Assembly (NCBI GenBank): GCA_023150835.1
Contig: JAKLKB010000073.1
Span: forward strand, 1 to 38,202
Origin: Myxococcota bacterium
GTDB taxonomy: Bacteria > Myxococcota_C > UBA6777
Direction of reading: 5' to 3'
DNA: 38,202 nucleotides
Of the stretch, positions 24,941 through 35,143 are shown in pieces. Both the position numbers and the translations under genes were made by a program. The notes beneath the pieces were generated by a model. It worked only from the letters and a program-made list of their open reading frames with translations. It searched no databases and was not told the origin of the DNA. The first letter of the stretch is position 1; each line of letters begins with the position of its first letter.

Positions 24941-27244
24941 ATGTTTGTTGTGAAGAGTTTGATCATGCCGATACATGGGACATTGCGTCATTGTCAGAAA
25001 AGCAGCGTTTGGAAGCGATGGAGTTTGTGGGGGCTGTGGTTTCTTGGGTTGATGTTTCAGAGTGCTTGTTTTGTCGGTTCTTTTTCGATGGTGGGATATC
25101 CGTGTGCCGATGCCGAAGAAGGGAGAGCGCGTTGCGGTCCCAACGAGCGGTGCGCAGAGGGGATCTGCACACTACTTGATGCGCCCGGGCCACCGTGTAA
25201 AGCGGCGTCCGATTGTCGCAGCGGCTTGTGCAACAAAGATGGTTTTTGTATGGCTTGCGCAAGCGCAAAAGACTGTGAATCGGGCGTTTGCGTCCAAGGC
25301 GTTTGTAAGTCTTGTGTCGATGCCAAGGATTGCGGAGATCTGCGTTGCGATGCAGGAGTCTGCAAACCTTGTGATACCAACGAACAATGCGTGACTGGGC
25401 GTTGTATCGAGGGTCGCTGCGTAGCCTGCGCAAAGCGAGAAGACTGCCGCTCGGGATTTTGTGAGCAAGGTGTGTGCAAACCCTGCAACAGCGACAGCCA
25501 ATGCCTCGGATACTGCGACGAACTCAACGGTGTCTGTCTTCCTTGCAGCCAAGACAACCAATGCCCGGGCTATTGCGACAAAGCGAGCGGTCTTTGTAAG
25601 CCTTGTGAAAAGCGAGAAGATTGCGTACTAACACTCTTCTGCAAGATCGCCGAAGGGCGCTGCGCGCCGTGTGATCGAGATAGCGATTGTCCCGGTGTAT
25701 GCGCCTCTACGGGTCGTTGTGTGCCTTGCAAAAAAGCTGACGATTGCTTGGAAACGTTTTTTTGCGGTGCGGGCGGCGTCTGTACCAAGTGCAATAGCGG
25801 AGCCGATTGTGGTTCGGGCGTTTGCGAAAAGGGCATTTGTCAGAAAAGCTGCGCGAGCGATGCGCAGTGTTCGTCTGGTCTGTGCAAAGCAGGGCGTTGT
25901 GAGAGCTGCGAAAAAGCCGAGGATTGCGCTTCGTTTCGATGTTCGGATGGACGTTGCTTGGGACCTTGCACACGCGATGATCAGTGCTTGAATGGTCGTC
26001 TTTGCAAGGGAGGCCGATGTGAACTGCCCGCCGAAGGGGAACCGTGTTCGGCATTGGCGGGGGCGGGTTGCCAAAAGGATCTCGTTTGCGTCTCGATTGA
26101 TGGGCAAAATCGTTGCCGTCAAGCTTGCGATCCGCTGGTGGTGTCGTCTTGTTCGGGCGGAAAAGCCTGCTCCTTCTTACAAGGCACTGCCTCGGAGGTC
26201 TTGGGCGTTTGCTTGCCTACACGCGCACAAGGAAAAAAAGTCGGCGAAACCTGCGATGCCTCCGCAAGCCCTTGCGACGTGGAGTTGATCTGTCGCAGTG
26301 ACGGCCTTCAGAGCTTGTGCCGCAAGGTCTGTGACACCAGCCTCCAAGGGATGTGCGCTCAAGGCGAAGAGTGTATCGCTATCGATCAACCCCGTTCAAA
26401 GATCGGCCTTTGTCTTCCTCCGACTTGTGAAAATATCCCGGGAAAGTGTACGAGCGGGACGTATTGTTATCAACGCGATTGTCGAAAGACTTGTGATCCT
26501 GTGAAGCCGACAGCCCTCCCTTGCACAATCACCGAATACTGCGAGGCGATCAGCGGCGGTGGCGTGGTCAAAGGCGTTTGCCTCGAACGAAGTTGCGGTG
26601 TTACGGGGCGCGTTTGCACATACCAACAAGTCTGCCGAGATCGGTTGTCTTGTCAGACGGCCACTCCCGCCAAGCCATGCAGCACGCAAGGAGATTGCGC
26701 AAGCGGTGGGTCTTGTGTGGATTGGGGCGGAGCCAAAACATGTGCCCTCGGTTGTACCGTCCCCAACAACACCGTCGATTGCGCCAAAGATTATCTTTGT
26801 GTCGCACAATCCGTCCTTTCCCCCGAAGTTCCGCGCTCTGCGTGTGTCCCTTCGCGTGGAGGAGGCTTGCAGGGCGCTGCGTGCGGAACCGTCAACACGT
26901 TGTGCGAGCGATCACACACATGCACTGCTTTTGGTGATGATGCGCTATGCCTCTTTACATGCGAACCGCGCCGAACCATCGGCCAACAAGGATGCACCTC
27001 AGGATACCGCTGCACCTCGCTACAAAATGGATTGGGCGTTTGCGTGCGCGATACCGTACGCAAAAATGCCGAAGAGTGCAGTCCCTTACTGGGGTTTTGT
27101 GAAAGCACCCATCTTTGCGTTAGCGAAACCAACCAACCGAAGGCGTATTGCCGCAAGATCTGCACGTCGTCTCTGGATTGCAGCAGCGGCGATCAGTGCT
27201 TTAGCATCGCAGGCGGCACACGCCAAGTTTGTTTGAAACCGTGA
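24941..27244 (+). CDS. Cys-rich repeat surface protein / probable lipoprotein
   Basis: Hydrophobic segment ending LMFQSAC, then many Cxxxx(D/Q)CxSGxCxxGxCxxC units, then longer C-rich modules (CRxxCDP...C...C...GxC). Exact start uncertain. Confidence 0.85.
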   Translation: MFVVKSLIMPIHGTLRHCQKSSVWKRWSLWGLWFLGLMFQSACFVGSFSMVGYPCADAEEGRARCGPNERCAEGICTLLDAPGPPCKAASDCRSGLCNKDGFCMACASAKDCESGVCVQGVCKSCVDAKDCGDLRCDAGVCKPCDTNEQCVTGRCIEGRCVACAKREDCRSGFCEQGVCKPCNSDSQCLGYCDELNGVCLPCSQDNQCPGYCDKASGLCKPCEKREDCVLTLFCKIAEGRCAPCDRDSDCPGVCASTGRCVPCKKADDCLETFFCGAGGVCTKCNSGADCGSGVCEKGICQKSCASDAQCSSGLCKAGRCESCEKAEDCASFRCSDGRCLGPCTRDDQCLNGRLCKGGRCELPAEGEPCSALAGAGCQKDLVCVSIDGQNRCRQACDPLVVSSCSGGKACSFLQGTASEVLGVCLPTRAQGKKVGETCDASASPCDVELICRSDGLQSLCRKVCDTSLQGMCAQGEECIAIDQPRSKIGLCLPPTCENIPGKCTSGTYCYQRDCRKTCDPVKPTALPCTITEYCEAISGGGVVKGVCLERSCGVTGRVCTYQQVCRDRLSCQTATPAKPCSTQGDCASGGSCVDWGGAKTCALGCTVPNNTVDCAKDYLCVAQSVLSPEVPRSACVPSRGGGLQGAACGTVNTLCERSHTCTAFGDDALCLFTCEPRRTIGQQGCTSGYRCTSLQNGLGVCVRDTVRKNAEECSPLLGFCESTHLCVSETNQPKAYCRKICTSSLDCSSGDQCFSIAGGTRQVCLKP

Positions 27245-27282
27245 AGATGGGGAAGGTGCGAAAAGGCGGAGGGATGGGGAGT

Positions 27283-27774
27283 TTAGAGGCCGGGTTCGTC
27301 GGCTTGTTGGCCGGGATGGAATTCGGAGTAGACGTAGATGGGGATGTGGAGAGAGCCGAGATGTTGTTGGATGAGGGGGAAGACTTCTTGCCAATCGAGT
27401 CCGCCGACGCCTGTGGCAAGCCGAGGGAGCGCGAGGCTGGTAAAGCCTTCTGTTTCGGCGAGTTTGTGGAGTGCGCGCAATGCGTGATTGACGTGGGCGA
27501 CGGTGGCTTTTCCGGGCCGCGAACCATGATCATAAGAGGCTTCTTGGGTCATTAAGTTGACGATACGCACTCCGCCCACACTACCCCACATCCAGATATC
27601 GCCTGCTTCGGGATGGGAGGTGTGGCAGTGGTGGCGAAAGTCTTTGTAGAGTGCGGGCCATTGTTCGCGCAAAGCGTGTGCGAGACCTTGATTGAAGGGA
27701 TCGTTGGGGGCGACTCCGTGGGCGATGGCTTGTGCTTTGGTTTTGAGGATATCGCCGCTAACTTCGTAAATCAT
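27283..27774 (-). CDS. Macrodomain protein (ADP-ribose binding/hydrolase, Poa1p/TARG1-like)
   Basis: VSGDIL, AIAHGV, GLA..L...WP, IVNLMTQ, LALPRLATGVGGLDWQEV. Confidence 0.88.
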   Translation of the reverse strand: MIYEVSGDILKTKAQAIAHGVAPNDPFNQGLAHALREQWPALYKDFRHHCHTSHPEAGDIWMWGSVGGVRIVNLMTQEASYDHGSRPGKATVAHVNHALRALHKLAETEGFTSLALPRLATGVGGLDWQEVFPLIQQHLGSLHIPIYVYSEFHPGQQADEPGL

Positions 27775-27792
27775 GGTGTAATTCCTTTCTTA

Positions 27793-28131
27793 TTATGTTT
27801 CAGCAGATTCTGCGCACTTGATGCAGCGGGTTGCATAAGGGATGGCTTCGAGGCGCTTGGTTCCGATGGGATCGCCACAATCGTTGCAGACGCCGTAGGT
27901 TCCGTTGTGGATACGTTGGAGTGTTTGCTCGATCAGTCGGAGTTTTTGATGCGTCTGATCTTCGAGAGCAGCGAGGACTTCGCTGTTTTCGAGTTCGACG
28001 GCTTGTTCTTCAAAGTCCGCGCTGAGTGCGCCGTCTTCTTGGCGCAGATCGCCTTGGATCTTTTGAAGGCGGTGGCGCAGGGTTTGTGCTTCGGTTTCGA
28101 GCTTGGCGCGAAGGGTTGGGTGGTTCGTCAT
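27793..28131 (-). CDS. TraR/DksA family C4 zinc-finger protein
   Basis: Coiled coil followed by GTYGVCNDCGDPI...RLEAIPYATRCIKCA. ATG 28131 follows GGAGG. Confidence 0.9.
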   Translation of the reverse strand: MTNHPTLRAKLETEAQTLRHRLQKIQGDLRQEDGALSADFEEQAVELENSEVLAALEDQTHQKLRLIEQTLQRIHNGTYGVCNDCGDPIGTKRLEAIPYATRCIKCAESAET

Positions 28132-28552
28132 CTCGCCTCCTCGGGTGATGTGGCGTTGGGATGGGAGTTTGGGGGGGTGTGAAGAATGCGGGAACATCAG
28201 GAAAGAACAAGTGACTAGAAGGAGTCTGTTTTTGAATGCCTGTGTTCGGGGCTTTTTTCGCAGCGGTTTTCAGTATAGTTTGGGCGGATAGAAAAGCGGT
28301 GTGCAGATCAACAAGAAAGTTGACGCAGATCAACCGAGCAGTGAGGTGCATTTGCGGTTGAATGCTTGTGAAAAGGCCAAGTATCCGAGGTTTTGTGCGA
28401 GAAGGCGTCGTGTGTTGGAGGCGAGATTTGCAAAAAAAGAGAGGCCGCAAAGATCGCAGGGCACGAAGCCTCGTTTGATGCAAAATGTTTGAGTTGTATT
28501 CGCCTCCCGCAGATGCGGGATCTTGTGAGGAACGATACACAAAGGAGGACAG

Positions 28553-31500
28553 ATGAGGCGGAGTTACGCGATCATCTTGCTTGGTTGGTGTTGCCTGTTG
28601 GTTTGGGCCGCGCCTGTGCAAGCGGAAGAACTCGGTTTTCTCGAACGTTTTGCGCTTTCTGCAGAGCGCAAAGCAGCGTTGAAGCAGTTGATTCCCGGGA
28701 CGGGAGATGCGTACTACTTTGAAAGTTTGTACTTGCAGCATCAAAACAAGTTGAAAGAGGTCGACGCTCTGTTGGTGCGGTGGCGTCAGCGATTTCCGTA
28801 TGATGGTCGATTGCAAGAGATCGAGCATCGGCAAGCATTGTTGCGCTATTCGAGCGATCCGAAGGCGGCCTTGGATTACTTGCGCGAAAAGCTGAATCTG
28901 TATTTCGGGCATCAAAGGCGGGTGCGCGGGGCAAAACCGACGCTACCCACTTCGCTCGATCAAAGCAAGATCAGTCGAGAGACTTTGTACAAACGGGCGA
29001 TGCGGCGATATTCGCCGATGGGTCGGTTTACGTCGTATGCCGAGCAGTGGTTGTTAGAAGAAAAGACAGAGCTCTCGGAGAGCCAGCGGGGAGAGATCTT
29101 GGGGCGGGTGACGCGGCCCGATATCAAAGATCTACCCGATATGATCGTGCGTGAGCTTCAACAAAAAGACACCTCGATCTCGTTTGGTAGCCGCACGATT
29201 CATGGGAAGCTGACGCTGGCGCAGCTTGATGCTTGTCGTCGGATGATGCCGTCATTGCGGGATGATAGCAACTTTGTTCGGACGTATCTTGAGCGCCTGA
29301 AACCTGTGGACGATGTAGATTTGACGCATGATCTTGTCGCACGTGAAGCCCATCTCAAGCGCGTGTGGGAGTTTGCGAAGAAGCTTGGCAGCGTACACGC
29401 TCCATTGAAGCTCCATGTTTTGTACCACTGGTTGGAAGTGGAAGAACAGCGTGGTGTCTACAACCGCAGCCGCTTTGTTCAATATCTGCGGATGCCCCGC
29501 CAAGTGTCTTACCTGCCGTATGCGTTTCGCCGTCGTCATGGTTATTCGCTGCCATCGATGGGAGGGGATTATTCGTCGATTACAGGGCAAGCAGCCGTAT
29601 ACGACGATTGGGCGTTGGTGCAGCGCTTTTTGCAGCAGTATTTTGTGAAGGACGCCAGTTATACGGGCTTTTCATCGTTGATCGACAAGAGCCACCTGCA
29701 ACCGTTGTTTGCGCGAACGAAGCTAATGGCGGGGGTGGGTTCTGCGGAGCGATGGATCGCGATGCTGTCGCCCTCAGAGTACCAGAGCTTGCGCGATCGG
29801 GTGGATCTGGACTTTGCGCGCAGCAACACCGATCACTTTGGCGTCGCTCAAGAAGTCAAACTCGATCTGTTTTTGAAGAACGTGAAAAAGCTGATCGTCA
29901 AGGTCTATCGGATCAACGCGGAGAGCTATTATCGGCAGCACAAAAAGGAAGTGACAACGGCGTTGAATCTGGATGGTTTGGTCGCGAATAGCGAAGAGAG
30001 CTACACGTATGAAGAAGCGCCGATCTTGCGCGTTCGCCAGTCTTTTTCGTTTCCGTCGCTCAAACAGCGCGGCGTGTATGTGATCGATTTTATCGGCAAC
30101 GGCAAGAGCAGCCGAGCATTGATCCGCAAAGGGAAGTTGTTTTACTTGGAACGCCAAAGCGTGGCGGGGCATATCTTCACGATCCTCGACGAAGAAGGAA
30201 AGCCCGCTGCAAAGCCAAGCATCTGGATGGATGGGCGCGAGTATACCGCCGATAAGAAGGGGAAGATCGCGATCCCTTATTCTAACCACCCCCGGACGAG
30301 CAAGATCCTGTTGGCGAGCGGGGACTTTGTTTCGCTTTCATCCTTTGAACATCGCGCCGAACGCTACGACTTTCGCGTTGGGTTTGCGTTGGATCGAGAA
30401 TCGCTGCTTGCAGGGAAAAAAGCCAAATTGCTGATCCGACCGAGTCTTTCGATTCATGGTCAGCCTGCTCCGTTGAGGCTGTTGGAAGAAGTGAGTCTTG
30501 AGATGACGGCGACAGATCGCTTTCACGTGTCTGCCTCGAAACGCACCGAAGATTTGAAGTGGGTGGCAGGGCGCGAGTACGTGCATATTTTCCGTGTGCC
30601 CGAACAAGCGAGCCGTTTGTCTTTTGTGCTGCGCGCCAAGGTCAAGAATTTGGCCACAGGCAAAGAAGATGCGTTGTCAGCAAGCAGCACCAAGGAGATC
30701 AACGGCATCGATCGCGGCAGCCAGCTTCATGCGCTACATCTGATCCACGCGGGCGGTGCTTATGCGGTGGAGTTGTTGGATCGCAATGGCCAGCCGATCC
30801 CTGATCGTGTGGCACGCATCACCTTGAAGCATCGGCTGTTTACGGATAGCGTGACGGTGCGCCTGCGCACAGATCACAACGGACGTGTTTCGCTTGGAGC
30901 GTTGTCCGAGATCGAAGAGATCAACGCTTCGTCACCAAGCGCATCTTCGAAGACTTGGCCGCTTTTCCCTGACCGTACGGCCTATCCGCATACGATCCAC
31001 GCACGCGCAGGAGAAACCATCTCGATCCCTGCACATCCGGGGGCTGCGTTGTCTTCGGAGCATCTGGCCTTTTTTGAAAAGCGCGGCGAGGGCTATCTCC
31101 ACGATCTGTTTGATCGCGTGCGCTTGGAAAAAGGCTTTTTTGTGCTGGATGATCTGAAGGCCGGAGAATACGAGATCTTCTTGAAAGGCACACGTCAAGC
31201 CATCGCGTTGCGCGTCGCAAAAGGCGATTTGCGCGGCGACAAAGACAAACCACGCGACCCTTATGTGGTCAGCAAAGACTTTTTCTTGCAACATAACTAT
31301 CGACAGCCTGTGAACTTACAAACTTCGGTGGATGCGAAGCAAGTGACCTTGCAAGTCAGCCATGCGACACCGCAAACGCGGGTGCATCTGATCGCGACGC
31401 GGTTTTGGCCGGAGTTTGACGTGTATGGGGATCTGTTTCAGAGCTATGCGTTGGGAACGCGATCGATGAAGCTCGAACGCCCGCTTTCGCAGTATGCGAC

Positions 31501-34500
31501 TGGTCGGGATATCGGTGACGAGTACCGTTATATCTTGGATCGCAAGTACGCCAAAAAATACCCGGGGAATATGTTGCGTCGGCCCGGTCTGCTGTTGAAT
31601 CCGTGGGCCGTTCGTTCCACGCAAACTGCCCTCGATCTGGCGGGTGGCGGTGGCGGTTTTGGCGGTCGCGGTGGCGGTCGCGGTGGATGGGGTTCTGGTG
31701 AAAGTTTCGGGCGAGGGTTCCGTCACATGGTTTCGGGTGTTTCGCCGAATCTGGACTTTTTGAAGTATCCCTCGGTGGTTCTCGAAAACCTGACGCCCAA
31801 CAAACAAGGCCAGATCGTGATCGATCGAGCGCTCTTGAAGCATCATCACCTGCTTCATCTGGTGGTGTTGGATGACAACCAAGGCATCTATCGCGTGATC
31901 TCGATGCCCGAAGTGGCTCCTGTGTATCAGGATCTTCGTTTGATCGTCAGTCTGCCGTCGAAGGGCCACTTTACGCAACAAAAGCAGGTCGCAAACGTCG
32001 CAACGGGCGGGCAATTCAAGTTGGCCGATATCACTTCGTCTGAGATGGAACGGCTCGATAGTTTGGAGCGCGTGTTTACGCTGTTGCAGACGCTGTGCAG
32101 CGATAGCCGCCTCAAAGACTTTGCTGCGTTGATGCGTTGGCCCTCGATGACGGAGACGGAAAAGCTGGCCTTTTATGGTAAGCACGCCTCACATGAACTG
32201 AACTTTTTCTTGTTCCGCCATGATGCAGCCTTCTTTGCCAAGGTGATTCGGCCCTATCTGGCGAACAAATACGAAAAAACGTTTTTGGATCGTTGGCTGC
32301 TTGGCGAAGAGGTCGTCTCGTTCTTACAGCCTTGGGCTTATAGTCAGTTGAATGTGTTTGAGCGGATCTTGTTGGCCCAGCGGATCAAAGGCGAGTTGCC
32401 GCACACCGCGCAACGCCTTGCGGATGAGTTGGCGTTGCGTCCGATGGATCCGCAAGCATGGAGTCGGTTGTTTGATGCGGTGTTGGGGCTTCGAGCCCTT
32501 GATCAGTCCGATGATACAGGGATTCGTGATGCCCGCGAAAAAAGCATGGAAGAAGCGCGCACCCGTGCATACGATGCGATGAAAGAACGTGCTGCGGATA
32601 TGCCCGCTCCACCGCCTTCAATGGCCGCCCCGTCAGCACCCATGCCGAGCAGCGGTGCTGCGGGGTTTGCAGCCCGTTATCGAAGGGGCCGCCGTATGTA
32701 CAAACGCAGCGCACGCCCGATGAAAATGAAGATGGCTGACGAAGAGGCGGCCAAGCCCGCCGAGAAAAAAGAAGACGAGGATATGGATCGTCGCAGCCAA
32801 CTCGCACAGTTCTTTCGCCAAAAAGAAAAGACCCAAGAATGGGCGGAAAACAACTATTACAAGCGGGTTCTGGCGGAGCAAAACGCCGCATTGATCGGAA
32901 ACAACCGTTTCTGGCACGCACTGGCGCGTCACGACGGCAAAGGCCCGTTCTTGTCGCGTTATATCGTCGAAGCCTCCAGCAACGCGAGTGAAGCGCTGCT
33001 TGCCTTGGCTGTCTTGGATCTGCCGTGGAAAGCGGGCACGCCCAAAGTGGATTACAAGGGCAGAAGCTTGCTGCTGACGGCTCCCAAAGCGATGATGATC
33101 TTCCACAAACAGATCCGCTCGGTGGATGCACCCAAGCAAAAAAGCCCGCTGTTGGTGAGCCAAGGCTACTTTGATGCTGCGCGTCGCTATCAGTATGTAG
33201 GCGGCCAACGTGTCGAGCGTTATGTGACCGAAGAATTCTTGTCGCAAAAAGTCTATGGCACGCAGGTGATCATCACCAACCCGACCGCTGCACGCCTCAA
33301 ACTGGAAGTTTTGTTGCAGATCCCCCAAGGCGCGATGCCTGTTGCCAATGGTCGCGTGACGCATACGCAACTGATCCATCTCGGGGCTTACCAAACAAAG
33401 CGCCTTGCTTATCTGTTCTACTTCCCGTCCAACGGTCGATTTGAGCATTTCCCTGTGCATGTTTCCCAAGATGGCCGTCTGTTGGCCTTTGCCGCGCCCT
33501 TTCTGTTTAAGGTCGTAGGCAAGCTGTCCAAGATCGATGGCGATAGCTGGGAATACATCTCGCAAGAAGCTCCCGAAGAAAAGACCTTGGCTTATCTCCA
33601 AAAAGCCAATCTTACACGGGTGAATCTGGCCGATCTCGCTTGGCGGATGAAGGATCTGACCTTTTTCCAAAAAGCTCTCGCGACCCTGCAACAACGCCAC
33701 TACTTCCACCCCTTACTTTGGTCTTACAGCATCCATCACAACCAGCCTTCGGTCATCACCGAATACCTCAAGCACCAAGACAGCTTCCTTTCGGTGTGCG
33801 GCTCCTATCTGCGCTCCCCCTTGGTGCAGATCGACCCCGTCGAACGCAAGCTGTATGAACACCTCGAATATCGGCCTCTTGTGAATGCCCGAGCGCATGC
33901 CTTGGGCAAAGGTCGCAAGATCCTCAACGACCGATTCCGTGAACAATACCAGCGCTTGCTCAAGATCCTCTCTTACAAGCCCGCACTTTCGGCTCACGAT
34001 CACATCGCCGTTGCGTACTACCTCTTGCTTCAAGATCGCACCGAAGAAGCCTTGGCACGCTTTGCCTTGGTCGACGCCAAGCAGCTTTCCTCGCAGATCC
34101 AGTACGATTATTTCCGCGCATACATGGGCTTCTTTGGTGAAAAGCCCGATGATGCCCGTGTGATCGCAGCTTCGTACAAAGATCACCCCGTACCGCGCTG
34201 GCGAAAACGCTTCCGTGAAGTGCTTTCGCAGTTGGATGAGATCGTCGGAAAGACCGCTGTTTCTGCACCCATCGAGAAAACGGCGGCCAAGGACACCAGC
34301 CCTAGTCTGACCCTCAAACTCGAAGGTCGTAAGCTGTCGTTGCGCTTTGCGAACCTCAACACGATCCAGATCCGCTATTACCCGATGGATGTGGAGCTGC
34401 TGTTCTCGCGCAGCCCGTTCTTACGGCAGCTTTCGGGACGCTTTACTGTGGTCAAGCCAGCCTTCGTCAGCACGCAACAGGTCAATACCGCCCAGCGTGC

Positions 34501-34873
34501 GCTTGATCTAGAGCTTCCTGCCCAATTCCAAAACAGCAACGTGATGATCGAAGTGTCTGCTCATGGACTCCATCGCAACGTCGTTTCGTACGCCAACGCG
34601 CTTGATGTGCAGATATTCGAGCAACAAGGACACCTCCAAGTCTTACACGAAAAGACCCAACGCGGTATGTCGCGTGTGTACGTCAAAGTCTATGCCCGTC
34701 TCAACGGTGGTTCCGTCCAGTTCTACAAAGACGGATACACCGACCTTCGCGGGCGTTTTGATTACGCTTCTTTGAGCACAGATACACTCGATCGCGTCGA
34801 GCGCTTCTCTGTCTTGATCCTCTCCGAAAAAGAGGGTGCCGTCGTCCGCGAGATCTCTCCCCCCCGCCAATAG
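28553..34873 (+). CDS. Giant (2106 aa) exported protein of unknown function
   Basis: AAGGAGG RBS; signal peptide MRRSYAIILLGWCCLLVWAAPVQA; uninterrupted 6.3-kb ORF; helical N-terminus, beta-rich segments, Gly-rich and Pro/Ala/Met-rich linkers; C-terminal VYVKVYA...FYKDGYTDLRGRFDY. Confidence 0.9.
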   Translation: MRRSYAIILLGWCCLLVWAAPVQAEELGFLERFALSAERKAALKQLIPGTGDAYYFESLYLQHQNKLKEVDALLVRWRQRFPYDGRLQEIEHRQALLRYSSDPKAALDYLREKLNLYFGHQRRVRGAKPTLPTSLDQSKISRETLYKRAMRRYSPMGRFTSYAEQWLLEEKTELSESQRGEILGRVTRPDIKDLPDMIVRELQQKDTSISFGSRTIHGKLTLAQLDACRRMMPSLRDDSNFVRTYLERLKPVDDVDLTHDLVAREAHLKRVWEFAKKLGSVHAPLKLHVLYHWLEVEEQRGVYNRSRFVQYLRMPRQVSYLPYAFRRRHGYSLPSMGGDYSSITGQAAVYDDWALVQRFLQQYFVKDASYTGFSSLIDKSHLQPLFARTKLMAGVGSAERWIAMLSPSEYQSLRDRVDLDFARSNTDHFGVAQEVKLDLFLKNVKKLIVKVYRINAESYYRQHKKEVTTALNLDGLVANSEESYTYEEAPILRVRQSFSFPSLKQRGVYVIDFIGNGKSSRALIRKGKLFYLERQSVAGHIFTILDEEGKPAAKPSIWMDGREYTADKKGKIAIPYSNHPRTSKILLASGDFVSLSSFEHRAERYDFRVGFALDRESLLAGKKAKLLIRPSLSIHGQPAPLRLLEEVSLEMTATDRFHVSASKRTEDLKWVAGREYVHIFRVPEQASRLSFVLRAKVKNLATGKEDALSASSTKEINGIDRGSQLHALHLIHAGGAYAVELLDRNGQPIPDRVARITLKHRLFTDSVTVRLRTDHNGRVSLGALSEIEEINASSPSASSKTWPLFPDRTAYPHTIHARAGETISIPAHPGAALSSEHLAFFEKRGEGYLHDLFDRVRLEKGFFVLDDLKAGEYEIFLKGTRQAIALRVAKGDLRGDKDKPRDPYVVSKDFFLQHNYRQPVNLQTSVDAKQVTLQVSHATPQTRVHLIATRFWPEFDVYGDLFQSYALGTRSMKLERPLSQYATGRDIGDEYRYILDRKYAKKYPGNMLRRPGLLLNPWAVRSTQTALDLAGGGGGFGGRGGGRGGWGSGESFGRGFRHMVSGVSPNLDFLKYPSVVLENLTPNKQGQIVIDRALLKHHHLLHLVVLDDNQGIYRVISMPEVAPVYQDLRLIVSLPSKGHFTQQKQVANVATGGQFKLADITSSEMERLDSLERVFTLLQTLCSDSRLKDFAALMRWPSMTETEKLAFYGKHASHELNFFLFRHDAAFFAKVIRPYLANKYEKTFLDRWLLGEEVVSFLQPWAYSQLNVFERILLAQRIKGELPHTAQRLADELALRPMDPQAWSRLFDAVLGLRALDQSDDTGIRDAREKSMEEARTRAYDAMKERAADMPAPPPSMAAPSAPMPSSGAAGFAARYRRGRRMYKRSARPMKMKMADEEAAKPAEKKEDEDMDRRSQLAQFFRQKEKTQEWAENNYYKRVLAEQNAALIGNNRFWHALARHDGKGPFLSRYIVEASSNASEALLALAVLDLPWKAGTPKVDYKGRSLLLTAPKAMMIFHKQIRSVDAPKQKSPLLVSQGYFDAARRYQYVGGQRVERYVTEEFLSQKVYGTQVIITNPTAARLKLEVLLQIPQGAMPVANGRVTHTQLIHLGAYQTKRLAYLFYFPSNGRFEHFPVHVSQDGRLLAFAAPFLFKVVGKLSKIDGDSWEYISQEAPEEKTLAYLQKANLTRVNLADLAWRMKDLTFFQKALATLQQRHYFHPLLWSYSIHHNQPSVITEYLKHQDSFLSVCGSYLRSPLVQIDPVERKLYEHLEYRPLVNARAHALGKGRKILNDRFREQYQRLLKILSYKPALSAHDHIAVAYYLLLQDRTEEALARFALVDAKQLSSQIQYDYFRAYMGFFGEKPDDARVIAASYKDHPVPRWRKRFREVLSQLDEIVGKTAVSAPIEKTAAKDTSPSLTLKLEGRKLSLRFANLNTIQIRYYPMDVELLFSRSPFLRQLSGRFTVVKPAFVSTQQVNTAQRALDLELPAQFQNSNVMIEVSAHGLHRNVVSYANALDVQIFEQQGHLQVLHEKTQRGMSRVYVKVYARLNGGSVQFYKDGYTDLRGRFDYASLSTDTLDRVERFSVLILSEKEGAVVREISPPRQ

Positions 34874-34875
34874 CC

Positions 34876-34901
34876 CCTTCATCCTTCATCCTTCATCCTT
34901 C
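34876..34901. repeat. Heptamer tandem repeat (CCTTCAT)3-CCTTC
   Basis: Seen directly, between the stop codon of the giant gene and the MITE copy. Confidence 0.85.
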
Positions 34902-34902
34902 G

Positions 34903-35050
34903 TAGGACTTTACGCGGTTGGGCTTGTGTTGTGGGGTTCCACCCCACGCCCCGCAAGGGAGCTTTGCCCCCTTGACCCCGTGTAGGCGGAGCGAACAGAC
35001 GTTTTTCACACCGACAACGCTGCCGCTTGAAGTGTCGCGAACACGGCTTT
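34903..35050. mobile_element. Family-1 MITE copy lacking the distal TIR
   Basis: Starts TAGGACTTTACGCGGTTG. The body matches the reverse complement of 15470-15635 up to GCGAACACGGCTTT and then diverges. Confidence 0.8.
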
Positions 35051-35143
35051 CTAGAAGCGGTGATATCTCTCCGCAGCGCAAGGAGGGCGACTTGTGGGTC
35101 TGCTCGTTGCCCTGCCACAGCGCCGAAGAAACAGGAGGAGAAG

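Noticed and set aside
28553-34873. Calling the giant protein a true alpha-2-macroglobulin
   Set aside because: No CxEQ thioester and no adjacent pbpC were seen. The resemblance is architectural only.
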